NCBI GenBank assembly: GCA_000996895.1
Contig: LCBB01000001.1
Coordinates: 2,542-66,541, forward strand
Direction of reading: 5' to 3'
Origin: a candidate division WWE3 bacterium GW2011_GWC2_41_23
Lineage (GTDB): Bacteria > Patescibacteriota > WWE3 > UBA101185 > UBA10185
DNA: 64,000 nucleotides
Below the pieces are notes generated by a model. That model saw nothing but the letters and a program-made list of their open reading frames with translations, was not told where the DNA came from and did not search any database. The translations under genes and the position numbers were made by a program. Of the stretch, positions 57,178 through 64,000 are shown one piece after another (the first letter of the stretch is position 1; the number at the start of each line of letters is the position of its first letter).

Positions 57178-57400
57178 AATTTTAGGAGTAAATATGGACA
57201 AAAAAATGTTGTTAATTATAGGCTGCGCGGTAATTATTTCGGGATTACTTGGTTTCTACGGGGGAAGATACTACGAACAAACTCGCCTTAGAAGCAGATT
57301 TAAATCAATGCCTGGTACAATGCGTCAGGACGGTTCCGGTATTTCTTCTGGAGGGGGCACCAGACTTGACCATATTCCCGGACAAGGTTCTGGATTCTAA
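57170..57400 (+). CDS. Small membrane protein (76 aa or less)
   Basis: One TM helix LLIIGCAVIISGLLGFYGG and a Gly/Ser-rich tail. The start is probably the internal Met at 57194. Confidence 0.35.
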   Translation: MNKILGVNMDKKMLLIIGCAVIISGLLGFYGGRYYEQTRLRSRFKSMPGTMRQDGSGISSGGGTRLDHIPGQGSGF

Positions 57401-57474
57401 CAGGCTTATCAAACTAATAGTGTGCAACCTCGCGAGTATTTTGGCTACTATTTTTTAACATAACCTCCAATAGC

Positions 57475-59328
57475 GTGTATAATGAGCAGTTGCCTATGAA
57501 GCTTAGAAATATCGCTATAATCGCACACGTCGACCACGGAAAAACCACCATTGTAGATGGTTTGTTAAAGCAGTCCAAAACCTTTAGGGACAACGAATCC
57601 GAGATGAGCCAGGACCTGATACTTGACTCCAACGATCAGGAACGCGAAAGAGGAATTACAATTCTAGCCAAAAATACCGCGGTAATTTATAAAGACACCA
57701 AAATTAACATAATAGACACCCCCGGACACTCCGATTTCGGAGGCGAAGTTGAGCGTACTTTAAATATGGCAGACGGCGCACTTTTGGTAGTGGATTCTCA
57801 GGAAGGCCCGATGCCCCAGACAAAATTTGTTTTAAAAAAAGCTTTGGAACTGGGTTTAAAAATAATTGTTGTTGTAAATAAAATCGATAAGAAAGATGCG
57901 CTGATAAAAAACTCACTTCACAAGATTTATGACCTATTTTTGGAACTTGCCACCCACGAGAGTCAGCTTGAATTTCCTATCCTATACGCAATAGGTAGAG
58001 AAGGCAAAGCCTGGAAAGATTTTGATTTTTCAAAAATTACCGAACTTACGGCGGCCCCTGCAGATTTCACTGATATTTTTGAGGCTATATTAAAATATGT
58101 GCCGCAACCCGAAACAAGAGATACTGAACCTTTTCAAATGCTAATCTCAACCCTGGATTGGGACAATTATAAGGGTAAATACGCTATCGGAAGAGTGACT
58201 AAAGGCGTAGTTAAAGCAGGCACACCTGTGGTTCTAATGTCCGCGGACGGTAAACAGGAAAAAACTACCGTAGAAAAAGTATTCGTTAACCAAGGGTTAA
58301 AAAGAATTGAAACTGCTGAAGGAGTATCGGGAGACATAGTTTCACTTACAGGAGTTAAAAACGCAAGCATAGGAGATACCGTTTGCGACGCTTCTAACCC
58401 GAAAGTTTTGCCTACAATAAAAATCGAAGATCCGACGTTGGCAATTTCAATCGGACCAAACACTTCCCCCTTCTTGGGAAAAGAAGGAAAATTTTTAACC
58501 GGACGCCAAATCCTTGAAAGAATAGAACGGGAATTACAAACAAACGTCGCTATGAAGTTTAGAGTTGCGGACGACGGACAGTATGTTTTATCAGGCAGGG
58601 GCGAACTTCACCTTTCCGTTTTTTTAGAAACATTAAGAAGAGAGGGCTTTGAACTAAGTGTCGGAAAACCCAGAGTTATTACTAAAATTATCGATGGTGT
58701 TGAAATGGAGCCTACAGAGGAATTAACTATCGATGTTGAGAACGCACACGTAGGGGCAATAAAAAGCGAGCTGGGAAGAAGACACGGGGTTCTAATTTCT
58801 CAAGAGGAACTTACTTCCGCTTCCTCAAGACTGACCTTCGAAATTGCTACCAGAGGTATTCTAGGACTGCGAAGCGTACTATTAACCCTTTCAAAAGGTA
58901 CTGCGATACTTAGCTCTATGTTTGTAAGATACGAAAAAATGGGCCATGCCATACCAAAGCTAAGAAAAGGCGCTATTGTAGCCTCTCACAGCGGTAAAGC
59001 AGTTCCCCACGGACTTGTGCCCGCTCACGAAAAAGGGCCGGTTTTTATCGGTCCCCAAACAATGGTCTACCAAGGCATGATTGTAGGCTTAAACGGCAGG
59101 GATGAAGACGTGGAAGTGAATGTGTGTAAGGAAAAGCAGCTTACTAACAACAGATCTTCGGGAGAAAACGGTATCACTATTCCTCCGCCTGTAGAGATGA
59201 GTTTGGAGCAGTATTTGGGCCTTTTAGAGGACGACGAGCTTTTAGAGATAACGCCGGAGTCCTTAAAGTTAAGGAAGAAAATCCTTGACCCCACAGTCAG
59301 GCGTAGGACTGCCGCCAGGGCACTTTGA
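57475..59328 (+). CDS. typA: Translational GTPase TypA/BipA
   Basis: IRNIAIIAHVDHGKTT (G1), DTPGH (G3), NKID (G4), then EF-G-like domains. 617 aa. Confidence 0.9.
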   Translation: MYNEQLPMKLRNIAIIAHVDHGKTTIVDGLLKQSKTFRDNESEMSQDLILDSNDQERERGITILAKNTAVIYKDTKINIIDTPGHSDFGGEVERTLNMADGALLVVDSQEGPMPQTKFVLKKALELGLKIIVVVNKIDKKDALIKNSLHKIYDLFLELATHESQLEFPILYAIGREGKAWKDFDFSKITELTAAPADFTDIFEAILKYVPQPETRDTEPFQMLISTLDWDNYKGKYAIGRVTKGVVKAGTPVVLMSADGKQEKTTVEKVFVNQGLKRIETAEGVSGDIVSLTGVKNASIGDTVCDASNPKVLPTIKIEDPTLAISIGPNTSPFLGKEGKFLTGRQILERIERELQTNVAMKFRVADDGQYVLSGRGELHLSVFLETLRREGFELSVGKPRVITKIIDGVEMEPTEELTIDVENAHVGAIKSELGRRHGVLISQEELTSASSRLTFEIATRGILGLRSVLLTLSKGTAILSSMFVRYEKMGHAIPKLRKGAIVASHSGKAVPHGLVPAHEKGPVFIGPQTMVYQGMIVGLNGRDEDVEVNVCKEKQLTNNRSSGENGITIPPPVEMSLEQYLGLLEDDELLEITPESLKLRKKILDPTVRRRTAARAL

Positions 59329-59367
59329 TTAAACGCCGGCACGTGTTATACTTCTCGTTGTGTCTGA

Positions 59368-60663
59368 TTGAGATTAACTTGTTTTTCTCTTTCCCCACTA
59401 AAAAATATGCATACTAAAAGTTATGGACATAGTAATAGGTTTGCCCGCAGCCGAAGAAAGTTCGGAAGTGCCCGTAATTACGGGTCTAATAGTAATTATA
59501 GCGGTTCCGGCAATATCTTCGGAGCAAGCAGATTTCAAAGAAGAAACCCCTATTCAGGGTCATATATAAACACCGACTTATTCGTCTCTAAGGCCGTCAA
59601 GGGTGAGACAGAATCTATGTACGTTCCCACAATGACCTTTAACGACTATGTGCTCGTCCAATCTTTACAAAAAAACATCTCTAAAAAGGCGTATCTTCAT
59701 CCCACTAAAATCCAGGCAGAAATAATACCCCAAATATTGGGCGGACAAGATGTTCTCGGAGTCGCCTGCACAGGATCGGGGAAAACAGCTGCCTATCTCA
59801 TACCTATGATAAATAAGGTAATGAAAAACCAGGGACAGAAATGCTTGATAATTGCCCCTACCAGAGAATTAATTAATCAAATCAGAACCGAGTACAGCCT
59901 GCTTATCTCAGGAACTCACTTAAGAGATGTCGTTATTATGGGAGGTGCCAGCTATTCTGAACAAATAAGACTTATTAAAAAAGACCCTCACTTTGTTATC
60001 GCTACTCCCGGAAGACTTTTAGATCTTTGTGAAAGAAAGCAAATAGACTTAAGCTCTTTTAATAACATCATTCTTGATGAAGTTGACGAAATGCTGGACA
60101 TGGGATTTATCAACGATGTTAAAAAGATTATCGCGAAGCTAAATAATTCCAGACAATCATTATTTTTCTCCGCTACCCTATCTAAAAAATCCGAAGAAGT
60201 TGCAAATTCATTATTAAGAAATCCCTACAAAGTAGAAATAGAAAAACAGGAAGCTGTTAAAAACGTAGACCAGGATATTGTTAGAGTAGATTCAAGTAAG
60301 AGCAAAATAGAGGTTTTACACGGTTTACTTATTAACGCCGATTTCAAAAGAGTTTTGATATTTTCAAAAACCAAAAGAGGGGCTGAAGAAGTATCCTCTG
60401 AGTTACGAAAAAGAGGGCATAAATCAGGTTCTCTTCACGGAAACAAATCTTTAGGGCAACGTTCAAAAGTGTTAAGCGAATTTAAAAAGTACGAAATAGA
60501 CATTCTTGTAGCTACCGACGTCGCATCAAGAGGAATTGATGTGCCTGATATAACTCACGTTATTAACTACGATCCTCCCGCGACCTTTACAGACTATATT
60601 CACCGTGTAGGTAGAACCGGAAGAATGGGTAAAAAAGGCGTTGCGTTGACTTTCGTCAGATAA
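59368..60663 (+). CDS. DEAD-box ATP-dependent RNA helicase with an Arg/Gly/Ser-rich N-terminal extension
   Basis: Q-motif region, motif I ACTGSGKTAAY, Ia PTRELI, II DEVDEM, III SAT, VI HRVGRTGR. The start may be the Met at 59407. Confidence 0.85.
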   Translation: MRLTCFSLSPLKNMHTKSYGHSNRFARSRRKFGSARNYGSNSNYSGSGNIFGASRFQRRNPYSGSYINTDLFVSKAVKGETESMYVPTMTFNDYVLVQSLQKNISKKAYLHPTKIQAEIIPQILGGQDVLGVACTGSGKTAAYLIPMINKVMKNQGQKCLIIAPTRELINQIRTEYSLLISGTHLRDVVIMGGASYSEQIRLIKKDPHFVIATPGRLLDLCERKQIDLSSFNNIILDEVDEMLDMGFINDVKKIIAKLNNSRQSLFFSATLSKKSEEVANSLLRNPYKVEIEKQEAVKNVDQDIVRVDSSKSKIEVLHGLLINADFKRVLIFSKTKRGAEEVSSELRKRGHKSGSLHGNKSLGQRSKVLSEFKKYEIDILVATDVASRGIDVPDITHVINYDPPATFTDYIHRVGRTGRMGKKGVALTFVR

Positions 60664-60693
60664 TTTTCACTTACTACTCCTTTACATTATAGG

Positions 60694-60721
60694 TTGATTT
60701 TCCTTATAACAGCTGTATAAT
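60694..60721 (+). promoter_or_regulatory. Sigma-70-type promoter for the 60765 gene
   Basis: TTGATT at 60694-60699, a 16-bp spacer, TATAAT at 60716-60721, and AAAAGGAGAG before the ATG. Confidence 0.5.
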
Positions 60722-60764
60722 CTCCTAGCTAAACTATTCCGTAAGCTCTAGAAAAGGAGAGAAA

Positions 60765-61058
60765 ATGAAACCGGATGAGTTCGAGGATGCAGTTAACAGA
60801 TATTTGTCTTTAATCCCAAAAGACTCTTTGAAAGCTGATCAAATCGAAGAAGTTGTTTTGAAAATGAAGCCCGGAGAAAAAAGAACTTTTCGTTTTGATC
60901 CCAGAGATACGAAACTTTGTGGAGTCAAAGAATTACAGTACTTCCAAGCGGCACTCGACATGAAAGTGAATCACATTTTAACCGGCTCTTACGAAGTAGA
61001 TGTCAGGCGCGGGAAGTACTTTTATACAATCGTCATCGGAGCCAAGGTCGGGAAATAG
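60765..61058 (+). CDS. Hypothetical protein (97 aa)
   Basis: Strong SD. No motif. Confidence 0.45.
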   Translation: MKPDEFEDAVNRYLSLIPKDSLKADQIEEVVLKMKPGEKRTFRFDPRDTKLCGVKELQYFQAALDMKVNHILTGSYEVDVRRGKYFYTIVIGAKVGK

Positions 61059-61159
61059 AATTGTTTGCACTACCTGCATTTAAGGAACAAAGGCGTTTTA
61101 CACTCTTTGTTCCTTTTTTTATTGCAGTATCTCAAAAAACATCGATCGATTTTAGATTA

Positions 61160-61888
61160 CTAGTGGTTCTCGCAAAAGTGCTGAAACGGTTCGTTATCAT
61201 AATCCTCATCAAAACTTTCCTGTTCTTCCCTAAGTTTGTTGAATGCATCGGCGTACAAACTTTCAACCTCTGAATTTAATGCGGTTTCCGTAGGGTAATC
61301 TCCGAGGTTATTTAACGTGTTTACGAACTCCGTAGCATTCTTTACCAGAATTCTTTGATGTTCATTCTCGTGTGCCACTACGGCGTCTTTAAATCTTCTC
61401 CAATCGTTTTTCGTATCCTCCGATGCTCCCCCGCTCGATGTCCATTGCGGTACAGTAATTACAGAGTCGGTTGTTACCGTAAAATCCCCTATCGTATAAC
61501 CTTTAGAGGTCAGGGTGGGGTAGTACTCATACCGCATGGTGGAATTAATATAGCCTAGTTGGACTCTATCTTCTTCAACCCTTCTTTCCTCTGTGTCTAT
61601 CTTATCGCATAATACCTCCCTATCGTTTCCGCTAACAAAGTAACTTTCATTCCTGATTTTTACTACCGGGCCTGCCTGATACCCGTGTTTGGGTTCTTCG
61701 GGCTCTTTATATTGTGTGATAGGCTGGGGTAACAATCGTTTCTGAACAGATTCTTCAACATTCTTTACCTGTGTGATTACGTCGTCAGAAATAGGTAACA
61801 AGCTGATGTAGATATACGCCGCCAAGCCTGCAACTCCGAATACTATAAGTATCAATAATACTGTGACAAAAACCTTAACGTTGGCCAT
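61160..61888 (-). CDS. Secreted HExxH-motif protein (possible DUF922-like Zn-dependent peptidase)
   Basis: Signal anchor VTVLLILIVFGVAGLAAYIYISLL, and the motif HENEHQRI (HExxH) in the C-terminal third. Confidence 0.4.
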   Translation of the reverse strand: MANVKVFVTVLLILIVFGVAGLAAYIYISLLPISDDVITQVKNVEESVQKRLLPQPITQYKEPEEPKHGYQAGPVVKIRNESYFVSGNDREVLCDKIDTEERRVEEDRVQLGYINSTMRYEYYPTLTSKGYTIGDFTVTTDSVITVPQWTSSGGASEDTKNDWRRFKDAVVAHENEHQRILVKNATEFVNTLNNLGDYPTETALNSEVESLYADAFNKLREEQESFDEDYDNEPFQHFCENH

Positions 61889-62051
61889 TATTGTTATGCA
61901 CCTTTGTAATAAATTGCGAAAGATGTAACTTCTAGCTTGAGTATAATACGCATTTTGTAATTCGCCAGAACTAAAACGGCATCTTACTTTTAGGAATTCC
62001 TAACTTGAAGATGCCGTAGTATTTATTAAATTGTTTTTGATTTAGACTGCT

Positions 62052-62252
62052 TTACTCTGCGAGTTTTACGTTTTCCGCTCTCGGACCTTTATCGCTGTTG
62101 ACTACGTCAAATGTGACCGCAGCTCCGACTTGAAGCTCGTCAAATGTAACTCCAGTAAGGTTGTTAGAGTGAAAGAAGAGATCCTTTGTTTCTCCGTCAC
62201 GAGAAATGAATCCAAATCCTTTGTCTGTCTTTGTTTTAATTGTACCGTTCAT
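62052..62252 (-). CDS. Cold-shock protein (CspA family)
   Basis: MNGTIKTKTDKGFGFISRDGETKDLFFH carries the RNP1 KGFGFI and RNP2 FFH motifs. 66 aa. Confidence 0.9.
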   Translation of the reverse strand: MNGTIKTKTDKGFGFISRDGETKDLFFHSNNLTGVTFDELQVGAAVTFDVVNSDKGPRAENVKLAE

Positions 62253-62395
62253 AGTTTTTTTTGATTGGTGGTTAAACCTACTTATACCTCCTTTCGCCTT
62301 GCTATTGTACTACTTTAGGCGTAAATAGGCTAATTATCTTATAACAACAACTTAGCTAAAGCCACACCCGGTAAACCTTGGTAAACTATTAAAAT

Positions 62396-62734
62396 ATGCG
62401 TTCAAAAAACCACTACCTTGAAAACAAGAAAGTCGCCAGAAAAATTATATTAGAATATCTGCATTTTTTTGCCGCATTGTATAAAGTAAAGTTCCGAAAA
62501 GTTGCCATTAGAAACCAAAGGTCTAAATGGGGAAGTTGTTCTAAAGCAAAAAATCTGAACTTTAACTACAAAGTTGCCTTTTTACCAAACGATCAAAGAG
62601 ATTATGTTGTAGTTCATGAACTATGCCACCTGATTGAGTTTAACCACTCTAAGAAGTTTTGGGCAGAAGTCGCGAGAACTATTCCAAATTACAAGGAAAT
62701 TAGGAAAAAGGTTAAATCGACGAGTCTGCGTTAA
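62396..62734 (+). CDS. YgjP/DUF45-like (SprT-like) metal-dependent hydrolase, C-terminal half only
   Basis: SKWGSCS...YVVVHELCHLIEFNHSKKFW matches the DUF45 zinc-binding core. The N-terminal half expected for this family is missing at 112 aa. Confidence 0.5.
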   Translation: MRSKNHYLENKKVARKIILEYLHFFAALYKVKFRKVAIRNQRSKWGSCSKAKNLNFNYKVAFLPNDQRDYVVVHELCHLIEFNHSKKFWAEVARTIPNYKEIRKKVKSTSLR

Positions 62735-62836
62735 AATTCTAGAATAAGTAGTTTATGGGGTGGTAGTGGAGGTTAAGTTGAACCAATTAATTGATACTTT
62801 GGTGATGTTTCAAAATGTAATTTGCTCTTCGCAAGT

Positions 62837-63283
62837 TTAATAAACTAAAATTAAAGACAATGCATTAACAATCACATCGCAGGCTTCTTTAGATAAACGC
62901 CTTTTGCCTTTGTGAACATAGCAGTAATCACAGCGTAGATTGCAGGTATCCGTAACATGGATCCAAAGTGCAATTGATTTCGGCTTTTTGGATGCGGAGC
63001 AAGTTTTTGGTTTTCCCTTGTCTACAAAAAGTCCTTGATCTGTGAAGTACTCAATCACTGCCTGCACGGTTTCTTCCCATTCCGGAGATTGTGAGGTATT
63101 GGTTATTTCCTCAACAGTTAAACCGTTTTCAAGAAGTTCGTACACCTGCAAGGCAACGCCGGATAAGACAAATGCTTTGCCGGAGCCGTAAGGACTATAG
63201 ATCACTGCCTCGCCATTTAAGAGGTTTAACTTAGTGTGACCTGCTTTGTCCAATAACAGCCCCCGATAAGTCAGGTCTGCCAT
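62837..63283 (-). pseudogene. PqqD-like RiPP-recognition element fused to a radical SAM core that stops about 26 aa after the CxxxCxxC cluster (truncated RiPP maturase remnant, or a novel short form)
   Basis: The N-terminal ~90 aa (GEAVIYSPYGSGKAFVLSGVALQVYELLENGLTVEEI...AVIEYFTDQGLF) show a PqqD/RRE-like pattern. This is followed by HVTDTCNLRCDYCYV (radical SAM Cx3Cx2C) and then a TAA stop, where a full enzyme would need about 200 more residues. AAAGGAGAG SD before the start. Confidence 0.45.
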
Positions 63284-63387
63284 AGCTATCTCTCCTTTTT
63301 TACAAGATATTTTGGATTATTGGCGTAGTTATAGCATAAAAAGGTTTTTATCTCAACTCAAAGTATGTTTTTATGAAACCATTTCAC

Positions 63388-63939
63388 TTATTTTTGGATC
63401 AAACTGTTAAATGTATCGTAATTCAATTCCAACTGGTAAACATCCCTAAAAAGATTTGAGAAGTCTCCAGAGAAAGTCTTATACCCTTTTAGTAACTGTA
63501 AAAGTTTTTCCTTGCCGAACTTAGTACTTAGCAACGACATTGCATACCCAGCTTCCGTATAAACATCACTATTATCTAAAAAAGTTCTAAATGCTTCGGG
63601 TTTCTTCCATCTTTCTACTTGACCCGATGCAAAAATTGAAACACCCTCCCATAACCACTTGGGCTGTGTTCTCCCACCAGTAGCAACTCGAAAGTAGGCA
63701 TGGGCAAGTTCGTGTTTAATTAGCATTTTATAATCCTCATCCGTATATGGGTGGCTGCTATCAGTTTCAAAGGAAGATTTACTTAGCACGAATACAAAGT
63801 TATCGGAATCCCATCCAACTAACCATTTTGGCGTCTCTTGATCGCGTAATGCGTCTATAGTCACTCGATCCGGAACCACACATACCCTTGGTTTGTTTCT
63901 TACCCATTTAATTTGGAAAAAATCGTTCAAATCCTCCAT
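63388..63939 (-). CDS. Gluzincin-like HExxH...E putative metallopeptidase (183 aa)
   Basis: HELAH followed 18 residues later by WEG (the HExxH-x18-E spacing of MA-clan zinc peptidases). The N-terminus may lie at or beyond the window edge. Confidence 0.4.
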   Translation of the reverse strand: MEDLNDFFQIKWVRNKPRVCVVPDRVTIDALRDQETPKWLVGWDSDNFVFVLSKSSFETDSSHPYTDEDYKMLIKHELAHAYFRVATGGRTQPKWLWEGVSIFASGQVERWKKPEAFRTFLDNSDVYTEAGYAMSLLSTKFGKEKLLQLLKGYKTFSGDFSNLFRDVYQLELNYDTFNSLIQK

Positions 63940-64000
63940 TGCTTGTGTGTAAATGATTTCAAGTCCTTCGTTTGGACTAATTGTTATCTGGAATATGTTA

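Noticed and set aside
62735-62836. Short plus-strand ORF (...LVMFQNVICSSQV) convergent with the truncated rSAM, considered as a RiPP precursor peptide
   Set aside because: It has no start codon with an SD, only one Cys, and lies on the strand opposite the maturase. Too speculative.

Overview
This 64-kb window is bacterial chromosome read in the standard genetic code. Leucyl-tRNA synthetase, CopA and LeuS-sized ORFs are uninterrupted, and Shine-Dalgarno-like AAGGAG motifs sit before several starts. Genes are tightly packed, there are no rRNA genes and no CRISPR array. Many genes encode small N-terminally anchored or secreted proteins.

The first ~12.35 kb is visibly more AT-rich than the rest. 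It ends at a tRNA-Gln(UUG) gene (minus strand) whose 3' end is overlapped by the 3' end of a large serine recombinase gene, which is the classic layout of an island integrated at a tRNA 3' end. This island carries:
- a SAM-methyltransferase and an ABC-2 transporter pair;
- a minimal-nucleotidyltransferase / HEPN-like pair;
- a 794-aa Rad50/RloC-like ABC ATPase with a CPFC zinc-hook motif and a C-terminal HEPN-like RDTERH motif, preceded by an overlapping 51-aa ORF. This is my best candidate for a defence or abortive-infection module;
- two unknown proteins next to the recombinase;
- a family of structured intergenic repeats (6-bp stem, GCAT[G/C] loop, then TAGAAC) whose stems show compensatory base changes between copies.

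The remaining ~52 kb looks like core genome. It contains:
- a patatin-like lipase, an FNR-like reductase, and a CsoR-controlled copper operon (csoR, an HMA-domain membrane protein, copA) whose TCCCCCAcTGGGGGA operator overlaps the csoR start;
- seven tRNA genes in total (the island-boundary tRNA-Gln plus Val, Phe, Gly, Leu x2, Lys, Arg), all with encoded CCA. tRNA-Val and tRNA-Arg each carry a short direct repeat of their own 3' end just downstream, which look like integration scars;
- a beta-lactamase-like hydrolase, an RNHCP zinc-ribbon protein, a UbiA-like prenyltransferase and a DUF2207-like glycine-tailed membrane protein;
- two paralogous HlyD/MacB-type ABC efflux operons, one directly downstream of an OmpR/histidine-kinase pair;
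- a DgkA / PAP2 / GT39 lipid-carrier cluster, an SF1 helicase, RsmI, Tgt, RelA/SpoT, rpmG (missed by the ORF track), LeuS, Map, RarA, DinB, an extremely acidic D/E-repeat protein, TypA, a DEAD-box helicase and a cold-shock protein;
- at the right edge, a PqqD-like RiPP-recognition domain fused to a radical-SAM core that stops prematurely, flanked by HExxH proteins.

All calls rest on motif reading by eye. No database searches or numeric composition measurements were run.
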